IMG/VR virus record: IMGVR_UViG_3300028840_006907
Coordinates: 32,001-96,000 of that record
DNA: 64,000 nucleotides
Reading direction: 5' to 3' (one strand)
Source: a virus
Shown piece after piece: positions 9,466 to 20,397 of the stretch. Under the pieces are notes generated by a model. The model searched no databases and had not been told where the DNA came from. It was given only the letters and a program-made list of their open reading frames with translations. Within the stretch, counting starts at the first letter, position 1. The number at the start of each line of letters is the position of its first letter. The position numbers and the translations under genes were made by a program.

Positions 9466-10086
9466 TTACCAGTCCCAGCACCGGGCACATTCCAAACATC
9501 CCGATACTTCATGCCAGACTGCAAGACAGTCCAGAGGATGTTTAGGAACGTTTTTAACTACTGAACCATGACAGTGGTAGGGAAATACTATAATGATTCG
9601 GGGATCATCTGGAACAGTATCTACGTCTCTCCTAGGGCCAAAACACATCTTACCTGGAAATTTACTCCAGACTTTCTTTGGAGTTGTAGCATCGATACTT
9701 AATAATAATCTGAGATTAGGTAATTGATCATTAATGACCTTTGCTATTTCAGGTTTCCTTGTCATGCCATAGAACATAGTTTTAGGGCATTCATTAGCGA
9801 GGTTAATAATATTATTCACGTGATCAGGTAATAGATCACCACATCCATTTAAACGTACTGCATGACAGTTTTTACATTCGACTATGACTTTGAGTAGATC
9901 ATTACCGGTGAAGTAATCAGAAACATAGTTCTGTTTTTTCACGGTATTGGGTAAAGCCATATGTCCGGATCGGGCATAGCAAAGTTTCTGACATAACTTA
10001 CTAGGTCTACAATGCCCTTTCATGGGAAAGTTTATTGAGACACCAGTTTTCTTGTTTTCAGAAATGATAGTTAATGGAGTATACAT
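9466..10086 (-). CDS. hypothetical Cys-rich protein
   Basis: ORF track; 206 aa; multiple Cys/His. Confidence 0.45.
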   Translation of the reverse strand: MYTPLTIISENKKTGVSINFPMKGHCRPSKLCQKLCYARSGHMALPNTVKKQNYVSDYFTGNDLLKVIVECKNCHAVRLNGCGDLLPDHVNNIINLANECPKTMFYGMTRKPEIAKVINDQLPNLRLLLSIDATTPKKVWSKFPGKMCFGPRRDVDTVPDDPRIIIVFPYHCHGSVVKNVPKHPLDCLAVWHEVSGCLECARCWDW

Positions 10087-10482
10087 ACTTATACCTCCTG
10101 TTAATATGTAACATTGTTCTTAATTTTATTCATATATTAAAGACTCTCTCGTATACTATCTTGAGAGAGGATTTTTCGAATTGATATTTATTTACTGAGC
10201 GAGTAATTGTTGTTGAATTTAATGAAATTTTAAGTACCCCAATGTGCGTGTAAGTAAATTTGAATTTTTCTGTGATAACAGACTGAAAACACTTAGGGAT
10301 GAAAACTGTAAGTACCGTCCCCCAAATAGGGCTAGGGAGGTTATTTTGTATCTGAGAAATCAGATTTGGAAAGTAAAAATAATAATATTTTTCTACTCTT
10401 TTTTGATCTTTTATAATAAATTATAAACGAGTCTCCAGGACATTCAGACCGTCTTGTGAGAAAATGATGAGTTAAATAGTTT

Positions 10483-10560
10483 GCGCCCCCTGGAAGCTGA
10501 AAACCGAGGGGGCGCATTAACACAAATAAAGGAACGCCCTCAAAAGAGGGTGTCACCCTT
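10483..10560 (-). terminator. GC-rich hairpins downstream of 10628..11926 (GCGCCCCCT..AGGGGGCGC; CCCTC-loop-GAGGG plus T-rich run)
   Basis: Inverted repeats seen in an otherwise AT-rich spacer. Confidence 0.3.
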
Positions 10561-10627
10561 TATCTACTTAATATATCCTGAATCAACCAAAAAGTCAACT
10601 TTAATATTTCCAACACTTTATAATAAA

Positions 10628-11926
10628 TTACACGTTATAGTTCTCATTAACTGTTTCAGTTTTCTCAAATTCCTTTTTTAATAATGAGATACCATACATG
10701 CCTACGTCTGGTTGAAAGATTAATAGACGTTCATATTTAGTTCTGCCTTTTGAGAATTTCACTTTATCTCTGACAGAATCGGGGATTTCAGAAATACCAA
10801 AGAGGAGCTTATTAAGAAATTCATATTCTGCATAGAATTGATTCTTTTCATTTTCTTTATAAGATCTTTCTTTCATAAGATTAAGGATAGATCTTTCATT
10901 ACCATCAAATTTCTTTAAGAAGTTAGCATTAACAGTAAACTTCTTAGGTGATTTATATTCTTTCCATTCAACACCTTTCATCCAGTGCGGGAAAGGTTTA
11001 TCAGGATTGGCATATCTAAAGTTGGCGTATTCTTCACCACGAATATAGAACTGTAATTGAGATTTGATCTTATATGTTAGCCATTTCTTTCTTTTAACGA
11101 CTTCTACTAGAGTATCTTGGTTAAGGGGCATCATAGCATATTCCCCGACCAAGGGAGGAATATCTACTTCATAGGTGACTGATTTAATTTTAATTTTTTT
11201 CTCGTTACCAAGTTTAGTAGTTTCAGGCCATTCCTTTTTCTCTTCGGGAGGTAAGACAATACCTTTATCGTTCATAAGTTTAATAAGTCCACCAAGATAT
11301 TGTATTTCATCTTCCAGACGGGCTAGGGCTATTTTAATTACAAAGTAATTAGAGGAGAAGATATTAAATCTTCTTTGAGGAGCTATAAAATTATTAAAGG
11401 TTATCTTTCCATTGGAAGCTAGTTTAATAAAGAACTCGTTCTCTTTTGCAGTGGGCATGAACTCTATACGTTCCCAACCTTCATACCATTCACCGTCTAC
11501 ACCTACAACATTAAAGACTCGGAAGTCTCCGGTATCATCGAACTTCATGATATTAACATCAACTATTCTCATACCAAAAGACCAAAGATCTTTAGCACAA
11601 GAAAGGCCAACGACTTTACCGTGTCTATTTTCTTTTGAGACAAGGTGCTGTCCATCTTTTAAGACTGTGCCTCTCATGGCATGGTACTTAGATATATTGA
11701 TCACGGCATTACGTGACATAAAGTTATACATTGCAGACTGAAGATCGAGAGTAGTTCCGGTATAATTACCTTCAGCATCACAGACTGTTGTAGGATTTTT
11801 ACTGAATATATCGGGAATAAGACTTTTAACTAAGGTCTCATAATCTACATCCTGAGACCTGTTAATAAGAGTTTTTACGAATGGTTCTTTTAATATGTTT
11901 TTTAGTTTTTCAGGTACTTTCTTCAT
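10628..11926 (-). CDS. hypothetical protein (432 aa)
   Basis: ORF track; a KDG tripeptide is present but a ligase call is not supported. Confidence 0.5.
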   Translation of the reverse strand: MKKVPEKLKNILKEPFVKTLINRSQDVDYETLVKSLIPDIFSKNPTTVCDAEGNYTGTTLDLQSAMYNFMSRNAVINISKYHAMRGTVLKDGQHLVSKENRHGKVVGLSCAKDLWSFGMRIVDVNIMKFDDTGDFRVFNVVGVDGEWYEGWERIEFMPTAKENEFFIKLASNGKITFNNFIAPQRRFNIFSSNYFVIKIALARLEDEIQYLGGLIKLMNDKGIVLPPEEKKEWPETTKLGNEKKIKIKSVTYEVDIPPLVGEYAMMPLNQDTLVEVVKRKKWLTYKIKSQLQFYIRGEEYANFRYANPDKPFPHWMKGVEWKEYKSPKKFTVNANFLKKFDGNERSILNLMKERSYKENEKNQFYAEYEFLNKLLFGISEIPDSVRDKVKFSKGRTKYERLLIFQPDVGMYGISLLKKEFEKTETVNENYNV

Positions 11927-12023
11927 AATGAATATCCTTTTAAAGATTACGGTTCGGTATCATATATTATACGAGATTTAGGAAAGAAAGTGATAAGAAA
12001 AAAATTTAATTATTTATTTAAGT

Positions 12024-12542
12024 CTAACCTTTCGAGGTATTTAAAGATTTAATATAATCCTTTCGTTTTGTATGATATTCTGTATAAACAAAAGGAATCT
12101 CAATAAATTGTTTCCCATACCAAGACTGGCCTTTAACATTACTTAATTGAACCTTAATATTCTGAGGAAACTCATAGTTATCCATCAACCACTTCCAGAC
12201 TTCTTCAGAGAAAAGGATATGTAGGTCAGAACAATAATTATTCATGTTCTCCTCTGGAATATTAAACATTTCTTGTAATAATTTTTTCCAGGTCATATCT
12301 AATTGATCCAAGATATCTTTCTTATCCTTTTTAGTAAGGATATAATCACACCCGTCCCCAAGGGGGACAAAGCCAGACTTAAGAGCGTGTATGGCTTTGC
12401 CTCCGGCATCGGTGGTTCCGTATAATTCAGAGGAGCATTGAAAATTAATTGATCCATCTTTATAAACTGTTATGGGAGTCTTTCTTTTAATAGTCATAAT
12501 AATCTCCAGGTTAATTGGTGAATAACCAGACTGTCGGTTCAT
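12024..12542 (-). CDS. hypothetical protein
   Basis: ORF track. Confidence 0.4.
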   Translation of the reverse strand: MNRQSGYSPINLEIIMTIKRKTPITVYKDGSINFQCSSELYGTTDAGGKAIHALKSGFVPLGDGCDYILTKKDKKDILDQLDMTWKKLLQEMFNIPEENMNNYCSDLHILFSEEVWKWLMDNYEFPQNIKVQLSNVKGQSWYGKQFIEIPFVYTEYHTKRKDYIKSLNTSKG

Positions 12543-12720
12543 AAGGTTTATTGTGGAGGTCTAACTTACCACGTAGATTCTTATGAAGGACTTTTACTGT
12601 TCGATAAGTTTTCTTATTAAGTTTAGCTTCTTTCAAAGCCTCTTCATAAGATTTACCAATTACTTTTCTTAATATCTTACCATTTACTTCTATTGATTCG
12701 GGTAGATTACATTGAATCAT
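12511..12720 (-). CDS. hypothetical protein
   Basis: ORF track. Confidence 0.35.
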   Translation of the reverse strand: MIQCNLPESIEVNGKILRKVIGKSYEEALKEAKLNKKTYRTVKVLHKNLRGKLDLHNKPYEPTVWLFTN

Positions 12721-12983
12721 AATCCCTCCTGTTCTTTATCTATCCATTCAGTTTCTATCTCAGTAAGAGCATTAATTAATTCTCTCATATGAGATATAGG
12801 AACTTCGATGAAACATTTTCCAGGTTGACCTTTACTTGTTATAGGTCTAATTTCTATGAAAGGTCTTTCACCTTCGAATGGACTTTCAAATTGCCCCAGA
12901 CTGAGACCGGAACATTTAAAAGAACCGTTACGTCCTAAGAACTTAGAATGATATCCGTCAAATTTAAAAGTTTTCTTTATCAT
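12717..12983 (-). CDS. hypothetical protein
   Basis: ORF track. Confidence 0.4.
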   Translation of the reverse strand: MIKKTFKFDGYHSKFLGRNGSFKCSGLSLGQFESPFEGERPFIEIRPITSKGQPGKCFIEVPISHMRELINALTEIETEWIDKEQEGL

Positions 12984-12997
12984 GATTTAATCTCCTG

Positions 12998-13567
12998 TTA
13001 GAGTTTTAATTCTTGTTGAATACCTTCAGTTTTTTCAATATGGTCTATATCGTGATCAATAATGCTTCGAGTATCGGGTAGTAACCCACTCTTTTCATGA
13101 TCATATCCAAAGAAGCCCCAGCAAGAGTGGATCTCTTCACCATCTTTATTTTTAACAATGTATCCGTAGACAGCATCTGTTAATAGACAGTCATAGGTCT
13201 CAACTTCAGACCGAAGAATATCTTTAATCTTTTCGATACGTTCTTCATTAAGTTCTGTCCAATTAAATTCAGACAGGGCTTTGCTTTTCTCTACGTAGAT
13301 CCAACCGACTTGACCACTGTCCCAAGGACAGTCAAAGCCAGTCGTATTCATGGTTAAACCACTGTGATCATATAGATACAGGGGTAGATAGATAACGTCC
13401 TCAAAGGGTATCGAATCGACGTCATATGGTGCGCCTTTATCATTGAAGTCGTAGCGTCTATGTTTAGATACCATTGATCCAAAATTATCCCATTCTGTTC
13501 TAGGGTTCAAGGGATCTTCATCAACATGAATTTCAATTGTGTAGTTTTTATATTTTATAGTTTCCAT
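12998..13567 (-). CDS. hypothetical protein
   Basis: ORF track. Confidence 0.45.
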   Translation of the reverse strand: METIKYKNYTIEIHVDEDPLNPRTEWDNFGSMVSKHRRYDFNDKGAPYDVDSIPFEDVIYLPLYLYDHSGLTMNTTGFDCPWDSGQVGWIYVEKSKALSEFNWTELNEERIEKIKDILRSEVETYDCLLTDAVYGYIVKNKDGEEIHSCWGFFGYDHEKSGLLPDTRSIIDHDIDHIEKTEGIQQELKL

Positions 13568-13722
13568 AATACCTCAATACCTCTCTTTTATTAAATATAA
13601 TTAACTGGAATGATTTGACTTAGATATATTTTATATATAATGGGGTGGTCATCCCCGGATTTACCGGGGCTGTCTCTGGGAGAATCGATACAAATGGCGG
13701 TGATTTAGACCACTCCATTTTA

Positions 13723-13980
13723 TTAGACATAGATATATTCTATAGCGGAATGTACAAGATAATAGCATCTTTGACCGTCATAAGTACTTTTATAGTACGC
13801 TACATGCCAGTCTTTTTTAATACTAGGGATGCACGTTCCTGTATATCCAAACTGTTCATTGACTTCTTGGAGGGAGACGTGTTTAAAGAAAGTATTGGCT
13901 GTTATCTTTCTTCCGTTATCAGTCATATCGTTAATAAGTTCTGCTGTGCTTGCAACACAGCATGTTAAATATTCATACAT
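13723..13980 (-). CDS. hypothetical protein
   Basis: ORF track; preferred over overlapping plus-strand ORF by strand-block consistency. Confidence 0.3.
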   Translation of the reverse strand: MYEYLTCCVASTAELINDMTDNGRKITANTFFKHVSLQEVNEQFGYTGTCIPSIKKDWHVAYYKSTYDGQRCYYLVHSAIEYIYV

Positions 13981-14198
13981 GATTTACCTCCAGACTGGGT
14001 ATAACAATTATCTTCACAAGTTCCACCACGTCCAAGTCTATCACAAGCAATGCCATAATCTACTGGGCATATTTCAAGGTTAGATTTAATCTTTCGGTAA
14101 TCGTGGTGTTCACAACTGCGACAAATTGAACCATTTTGAGTGGTATCATTTCCAAGTTTATTACATATACTACCATTAACCGGACATTCTCTAGGCAT
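13965..14198 (-). CDS. hypothetical Cys-rich small protein
   Basis: ORF track; many Cys. Confidence 0.35.
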   Translation of the reverse strand: MPRECPVNGSICNKLGNDTTQNGSICRSCEHHDYRKIKSNLEICPVDYGIACDRLGRGGTCEDNCYTQSGGKSCMNI

Positions 14199-14745
14199 TG
14201 TTACTTCTCCTTATCGTTATGATATTAGTTTTCTTCTTTTTCTTGACTCCAGACTTCTTTTGTCTCTGAAATTCATAGTAACTTTCCATATCACGAAGTT
14301 CAATCTCACCTTTCTTCACATACTTATGAAGCAGTGAAATAAATCCGGTAACCTGGAAGATTGCAGTCTTACTAGATAACTTATCTTTAATTTCCAGACA
14401 GGCATCTTCGTGTATCTCTCCATTAAGAGCGATAAACTCCTGTCTCATTAAATCTTTCTCCCAATCTTCCAGACTGCGTTTCTTTTCAATCTTGTGCCCG
14501 TTCTTAGATCCTTTAGGGATACGGGGGTCGAGTTCTTTATCTGTTTTCTCAGATACAGATTTAGTTGGAAGTTCCAAAGTGGTTTGTACTGGTGTTTTAA
14601 GTTCTTTCTGTTCAGGTTTAGAAGTATTCATCTTCTCTTGAACCATTGCAGGAATGATAACTTTTTTAACGAAGGTTAAAACGATAGTTCTATTTTCATC
14701 ATTGATTAAATCAAGTGTAGAATTTAAAAGATCATTAGTATTCAT
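14191..14745 (-). CDS. hypothetical protein
   Basis: ORF track. Confidence 0.4.
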   Translation of the reverse strand: MNTNDLLNSTLDLINDENRTIVLTFVKKVIIPAMVQEKMNTSKPEQKELKTPVQTTLELPTKSVSEKTDKELDPRIPKGSKNGHKIEKKRSLEDWEKDLMRQEFIALNGEIHEDACLEIKDKLSSKTAIFQVTGFISLLHKYVKKGEIELRDMESYYEFQRQKKSGVKKKKKTNIITIRRSNNA

Positions 14746-14877
14746 TGGATACCTCCATATTTATTATTTATGATATGTTATTTATTATCGATACTTTTTC
14801 GGGACTCTCAACTCTTATGGTATCGATAAGTCCCCCCAGTAGAGAGTTCCTATCTCTCTACCGGCCAGAGTTATATA

Positions 14878-16008
14878 TTAACCAACAAGATCTAAGATCT
14901 TATCAAGGGTTTCATTCTTTTCTTTCATTTGAACTGTAGGATTAGGATTATGTGAAGTCTCTTCAGGAGATTCAATTAATTCCAATACAGTTTCGAGAGC
15001 ATTGGATTTTAATTGAGCACCACTACCTACCCACGCACTATCGGCACGGGCTTGTTCTTGAGTAGTATATCCAGACGTAGATGTTACTCTACTAGGTCTT
15101 TTATGATCCACGTAATTAGTAACAGCATTCACCAAAGCCATACCCGTTCCAGCTTGTTCCGGGATAGCATTATCATCATTATCATTAAATAGTTTAGCTA
15201 TCTCAAGGGCTTTATCAGATTTCTTATCTGATTGTTCCCATTTCTCACCAAAGATACGAGTCATAGTCTGTGCAAAAAGTTCTTTGGTAACTTTATGAGT
15301 AATAATCTTTTCAAACTTTTCTTTAAGAGAATTTATATCCTGTTTTAATCCGGTTTGAATCTCAGTGGTTATTTTATTAAGTTTCTCTTTAGCACCTTTG
15401 GTATGTCTTACTTTAATCATTGCATCCTTAGTGCCTTTAGATAAGGCAAAATTCAAAGTGTTCTGACATACTACCCGTACATCGGTGAGCATAATTGTAT
15501 TACTCATAGTTCCATCATGAGCACTCATAAACATGATAAATGTTTCGTGTTTATCATTTCCGATGGAAGCGTTAAAGGGGACACGGGCCAAAGCCCAGAC
15601 ACGTTCTCCACGTCCTAAAACTCCGGCAGCTTCATAATGTGCACCATCAATCTGTTCTAAGACATTATCAATCCATCCACCGATTTCAATATTTTGCGTA
15701 GGTTCATAGGTATTACCTACGATACCAAGGGCGCTTTCCTTACCAGTTAAATCGGAACGAAAGATACCAAATTGATTCGGGAAAACATATCCTTTAGGTA
15801 CAGTGCTTCCAGGTTTCCATAAAGGATTCTTAAAGAATAACGGCCTTTTTTCGACCGTCCAATCTAATTGAGCCAGTTCATAAGCTTCTTTCCAGGTCAT
15901 TGCATGATTGACCATTTGTCCTAGTTCATGCCACGGTAAACCATGTTCATCTATGGCATATGCAGCCGATACTAAACCGTTTTTTGCTGTAAATAAATTA
16001 TGAGCCAT
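14878..16008 (-). CDS. phage/plasmid-like protein, possibly DUF932 family
   Basis: 376 aa; overall resemblance from memory to DUF932/TIGR03299 proteins; unverified. Confidence 0.45.
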   Translation of the reverse strand: MAHNLFTAKNGLVSAAYAIDEHGLPWHELGQMVNHAMTWKEAYELAQLDWTVEKRPLFFKNPLWKPGSTVPKGYVFPNQFGIFRSDLTGKESALGIVGNTYEPTQNIEIGGWIDNVLEQIDGAHYEAAGVLGRGERVWALARVPFNASIGNDKHETFIMFMSAHDGTMSNTIMLTDVRVVCQNTLNFALSKGTKDAMIKVRHTKGAKEKLNKITTEIQTGLKQDINSLKEKFEKIITHKVTKELFAQTMTRIFGEKWEQSDKKSDKALEIAKLFNDNDDNAIPEQAGTGMALVNAVTNYVDHKRPSRVTSTSGYTTQEQARADSAWVGSGAQLKSNALETVLELIESPEETSHNPNPTVQMKEKNETLDKILDLVG

Positions 16009-16274
16009 TGAAAGACTCCTTTCATGATAAGGGTTCCACTAACTTATTAAAGTCAGCTATTATAGTTATTTGGGTTTTTTATTTACTATGAGGGATTGAC
16101 CAGACTATAAAGAGCATTGCCTTTATTATCAGTCTGGCCTGTTTTCTTCCAGAGACCGAAAGAACTATTTATATATTCAGGTTCAGTCTCTACACCATGT
16201 AATCTGATATATTCAGACCATGAATATTCAGACCATGAAGTAGTGCAGACAGGGGGAGAAGGGAAAGCAATCAT

Positions 16275-16763
16275 TTATACAATGCTCCAGATTTCTTTAG
16301 TCTCACCGTCTTTAACTTCGTAAAAGGTCACGTTACCGTGATCATTCACTAAGAACAATTCACCGGTATAGTTATCAGGGACTTCAGACAAGTCTGAAAC
16401 TTTAATACCGTCGAAATCAATATCATCTAAGTCACACGGCCAGTAACCGTAATCGGAACCATCACCGGGATGGGCACCGAAGTAACAATATGGCGGAGCA
16501 AAAGAATCAAGTGCATTCCAAAGATCTTCATTGAGATATTCTGAAACGTTCTCACTGTCCCAGTCTAAATCTTTGTCCTCTGGAATATTAAGATCTTCTT
16601 TTTCTTCGTTATATTTAATGATCTTTTCACCTTCAGCAATAACTGAAGTATACTCGTTATTTTCATCCAGTTCTTTCAGAAGATCTAAGAAACACGGGAT
16701 AAGATCTTCTGGTTTCATTGTTGCATGACTAACTGTACCTAATGTTATTTTCATGTTATTCAC
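16275..16763 (-). CDS. hypothetical protein
   Basis: ORF track. Confidence 0.4.
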   Translation of the reverse strand: MNNMKITLGTVSHATMKPEDLIPCFLDLLKELDENNEYTSVIAEGEKIIKYNEEKEDLNIPEDKDLDWDSENVSEYLNEDLWNALDSFAPPYCYFGAHPGDGSDYGYWPCDLDDIDFDGIKVSDLSEVPDNYTGELFLVNDHGNVTFYEVKDGETKEIWSIV

Positions 16764-16770
16764 TCCTTCG

Positions 16771-17079
16771 TTATATTATATCTTCGATTGATTCATTATC
16801 AATGTGCCATTGTTCGCATTCATCAATTTCTTTTTCAATGGCTTCAGTAATTTCCTCATCCAGGTCGAGAACATTATTTAAATAATCTCTCCAGTTCTGG
16901 ATAGTATCATTATGAGTCACTCCCCACATACCGTTTTCGTTGTGTTCTTCCATAGTATCTACATCGGTATCGTATTGATTAGGATTAATGCAATGATCTT
17001 GTATACTGTGTACAGTTTCACTTGCATAAATCTGATATTCTTCAGAGTTAATTAAATCTTTCAATGTCTTTATAGTCAT
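16771..17079 (-). CDS. hypothetical acidic protein
   Basis: ORF track. Confidence 0.4.
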   Translation of the reverse strand: MTIKTLKDLINSEEYQIYASETVHSIQDHCINPNQYDTDVDTMEEHNENGMWGVTHNDTIQNWRDYLNNVLDLDEEITEAIEKEIDECEQWHIDNESIEDII

Positions 17080-17100
17080 AGTTAATTCCCCCGATAAGGT

Positions 17101-17613
17101 TTATATTTTATTTAATAGATCTTCAAAGCTTTCAGCAGTGTTCAAAGTAATGAGGAAATCCTTAATATCACTTTCTTTAATGATCTTCTCATGACTATTA
17201 TTGTTTCGAGTTATCTCTTCAGCTAAAAGAGAAACTTTGTTGCCATTTAAATAAATCTCAAATGTTTCGAAATAACCATCTTTATCAATTCTGTCTCTGA
17301 TATTGGCTATATCTTCGAGATATAAATTTATCTTACTTTCGACATTAATAATTACATGACGTTCCTTAGTATCAAAATTGACCTTACAGTTTATATCAAG
17401 ATGTTTAAACATGTTTTCGATTGCATCCAATGTACTTTCTTTTGGTGCTATCTGGTAAGTTATTTCTGTGTTCTCAGAAACGATTGCTTTAATCTTATCT
17501 TTGATAGAGTTATCTATCTCCTGTGAGCACGTGAGGATAATTTTATTATTGCCGTTTTTTGTGAGTTCAATGTTATTATCCTCACATACTCTTAATAGTT
17601 CATTGTTACTCAT
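17101..17613 (-). CDS. hypothetical protein
   Basis: ORF track. Confidence 0.4.
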   Translation of the reverse strand: MSNNELLRVCEDNNIELTKNGNNKIILTCSQEIDNSIKDKIKAIVSENTEITYQIAPKESTLDAIENMFKHLDINCKVNFDTKERHVIINVESKINLYLEDIANIRDRIDKDGYFETFEIYLNGNKVSLLAEEITRNNNSHEKIIKESDIKDFLITLNTAESFEDLLNKI

Positions 17614-17618
17614 AATAT

Positions 17619-18077
17619 CTATATCCTTTTGTGATGTTTAATCATTCTTGCAGAATTATCCCGACCTGTACTAACATGAATCAGGAAGTTATATTTAACT
17701 TTATCCTTCCTGATTATTTCAATGTACAAATGATCAGAAACAAAACCGTTTTCTTTAAGATCTTCAGTATCACCGGCACCTTGGTACCATACTAACTGTA
17801 TAGTATCATTCTCCCGTAATAAACTGATAACAGTCTTTAACGGGCAAAATTCGAAGTCATACATACTGTGATGACTGAAACAGTATGTCTTATTTTTGTA
17901 GCTATAATTTATATATCTTTGTTTCGATTCTACGTTAAATACATGATCACTATCGAACGGGTTATCGTCAGATTTCTTTTTATAGCACTCCACTGTACTA
18001 ATAGAGTTTTCAGTTCTAAAACATATTGTATCGGCTTGTTTCATTGCCTGTATATCGATCTTCTTAATGGTTTTCAT
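17619..18077 (-). CDS. hypothetical protein
   Basis: ORF track. Confidence 0.4.
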   Translation of the reverse strand: MKTIKKIDIQAMKQADTICFRTENSISTVECYKKKSDDNPFDSDHVFNVESKQRYINYSYKNKTYCFSHHSMYDFEFCPLKTVISLLRENDTIQLVWYQGAGDTEDLKENGFVSDHLYIEIIRKDKVKYNFLIHVSTGRDNSARMIKHHKRI

Positions 18078-18090
18078 AGTCTGTATCTCC

Positions 18091-18300
18091 TTATTTATTA
18101 TGTGCTGTTCTAATCATTGGATCATATGTCCCATTGTTCCAAGCTTGAATTTTATTAATAGCAGTCTCGAAAGACTGCAATTCTTCTGGTGATCTTTCTC
18201 TAATTTCTCTTTTTGCTTCAATCTTCATAGTAAGACTGAAAGCACCAAATAATATTATTACACCTATACATATACTTAAAAATAACATAATATATTCCAA
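18091..18300 (-). CDS. small membrane protein (one hydrophobic helix)
   Basis: ORF track; hydrophobic N-terminal segment. Confidence 0.35.
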   Translation of the reverse strand: MEYIMLFLSICIGVIILFGAFSLTMKIEAKREIRERSPEELQSFETAINKIQAWNNGTYDPMIRTAHNK

Positions 18301-18344
18301 TCATTAAAGTTATGGGGGAAGTTATTCCCCCGTTAATTATTTAA

Positions 18345-18650
18345 TTATTTAATAGGCATTCCCAAAGTTTTTGCTACATTGTTCCAAGTTTCTTTCTCTT
18401 TCCATCCAGTCTCAAGAGCATTGAGAGCGGTTACAGCATGATTATATTGCTCTGTTGTGCCCTTATTAACTATTCGACTGAGAAAAGGCTTTGCCTGATT
18501 AAAGAACATAAAATGATGACCGTCCTTAACGATTCGTTTATGTGCGAGTTCTCTGAGAGCGGTATAATTATCTTTCCGGTATTTCTTAGCTCTCATTACG
18601 ATTTTTTTGCCATTGGTTGAATTTTGCAGTGCGTCTTGAATAGAGTTCAT
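18345..18650 (-). CDS. hypothetical protein
   Basis: ORF track. Confidence 0.4.
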   Translation of the reverse strand: MNSIQDALQNSTNGKKIVMRAKKYRKDNYTALRELAHKRIVKDGHHFMFFNQAKPFLSRIVNKGTTEQYNHAVTALNALETGWKEKETWNNVAKTLGMPIK

Positions 18651-18908
18651 GGTTCCTCCATGTTAAGGTTTATGTTAGTTATTTAATTATTATCTTTGTT
18701 ACGTATTAGTCTACGTAGAGTATTAATAGTCCGGTGACTTGTTCTTTGGTCATTCCGCTTAAGGCTTTGATAAATTCTATCGTTGTCCTTTCACCTTGTG
18801 TTTTGAGAAGAGTATTTATACATGCTTTCATTTCGGGTATCATCTCTATTGTGTTCATTGGTGTTATAGTTACAGTCTCCATGTTTTTTCTCCTGTCTGG
18901 TTTAAGTT

Positions 18909-19517
18909 TTAGTTATAGCGAGTTATTCCGTCACTGGATTCAAAATCCATTGCGAGTATGGTATATAATTCCGTTTCCTGTGTATTAATTGTGTCTGGAT
19001 TGACTTGTCTGGAATATCCATCACTGCTTTCAAAATCCATTGCGAGTGAAGCAAATTCATTTGATATGGTTACAAGCGAGTTAACTGGTTGAATTTCAAC
19101 GATTTCAGTCTGGGTTTGGACTTCTTTAATACATTCATCCATTAAACTATTTAGAGTATCTAAGTCGGTAGTTTTTACGAAGGTTTCCCAGTCCTCTTTG
19201 GACATATTAAAATATTCTCGTACGACTTCGAGTTTATCTATATCTGTTATAGTTTTTACTTTGTTCCCGTTTTGCCAAATACTTTTAGCTTTATTAGTAT
19301 ATATAATCTCGCCTGTAAAGTTATGGTTGAAATTTAACCAGCGAGTCTCGTTATTTACTGACGGGTCAATGACTTCAGCGAGTTTATTACCAAAACGGTT
19401 TATACGATAACGGCCAGTACATTGAACGTTTATCCATTCACGAATTGTTTTTCTTGCGGTTTGGTTTGTGCCATTAATAACAGCACCAATTAATTTATCG
19501 TTCATTAGTATAGACAT
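18909..19517 (-). CDS. hypothetical protein with duplicated C-terminal ILAMDFESSDG segment
   Basis: ORF track; 22-bp direct repeat at about 18936 and 19024 inside the CDS. Confidence 0.45.
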   Translation of the reverse strand: MSILMNDKLIGAVINGTNQTARKTIREWINVQCTGRYRINRFGNKLAEVIDPSVNNETRWLNFNHNFTGEIIYTNKAKSIWQNGNKVKTITDIDKLEVVREYFNMSKEDWETFVKTTDLDTLNSLMDECIKEVQTQTEIVEIQPVNSLVTISNEFASLAMDFESSDGYSRQVNPDTINTQETELYTILAMDFESSDGITRYN

Positions 19518-19572
19518 AATATTTCCCCTTGTCTAATGTATATATTAACAGTCAATTATTTTTTTCTGTTGT

Positions 19573-19915
19573 CATGAATAATGAAAAAAGTTTAGTAACT
19601 TTCCGAAGTTTTAAGAAACTTTTTCTTTGACGTTTGTTTTTTGTGGCTTTCATGAGTAATGAAAAAAGTTTAGTAACTTTCCGAAGTTTTAAAAATTTTT
19701 TCTTTCATGTAAACTTTTCCTTGTCTACATGAGTAATGAAAAAAGTTTAGTAACTTTCCGAAGTTTTAAAAATTTTTTCTTTCATGTAAACTTTTCCTTG
19801 TCTACATGAGTAATGAAATTAGTTTGGTAACTTTCCGAAGTTTTAAAAATTTTTTCTTTCATGTAAACTTTTCCTTGTCTACATGAGTAATGAAATTAGT
19901 TTGGTAACTTTCCGG
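19573..19915. repeat. tandem repeat, 77-78 bp unit, about 4.4 copies
   Basis: Unit starts (catgag/catgaa) at 19573, 19651, 19728, 19805, 19882. Confidence 0.85.
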
Positions 19916-20311
19916 AAAAAATTGTAAAAACGCTATTTTCCTTTATATAGGGGAGAGCCAGAAATCGCCCGTTTGATGTGCGTGATATATACGCCCGAAA
20001 ATGTTCCCGGTTCTAACCCCCCAGTGAAATACCCTTTCCACAAAAGTGAAATACCCCAATACAACTATACCATACCCGACCATACCCCACCCCCGGGACC
20101 TGTCTTCGGGATCATCATCATGCGCTTGCTTTTCGTGCGCTCAATGCCATACCCACCCCCTTTTTGTAAAGATTTTTGGAAGTTGGAAATGGATGGAGTT
20201 AGATTGGATTTTTTGGATGGTAGAAAATTTTGGCTGGTGGGAGAGACCCCACAGTAAAGTACCCGGTTGGTTCAGGGAAGTACCAATATGGTTCAGTGGA
20301 GTGTCTTTTTT

Positions 20312-20371
20312 GTGGCGCATATCCTGTTATAGTGGCGCATATTCTATTATAATGGCGCATATTTCAGTTCA
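20312..20371. repeat. tandem repeat, 20 bp unit x3 (TGGCGCATAT core)
   Basis: tggcgcatat at 20313, 20333, 20353. Confidence 0.7.
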
Positions 20372-20397
20372 AAGCTCTCAGAACCCAGTTCAAAGAA

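Noticed and set aside
10628-11926. RNA/DNA ligase call based on a KDG tripeptide
   Set aside because: Only one weak motif; other nucleotidyltransferase motifs not found
18909-19040. Diversity-generating retroelement suggested by a 22-bp direct repeat in a C-terminal coding region
   Set aside because: No reverse transcriptase nearby, repeat too short, and no adenine-specific mismatch pattern
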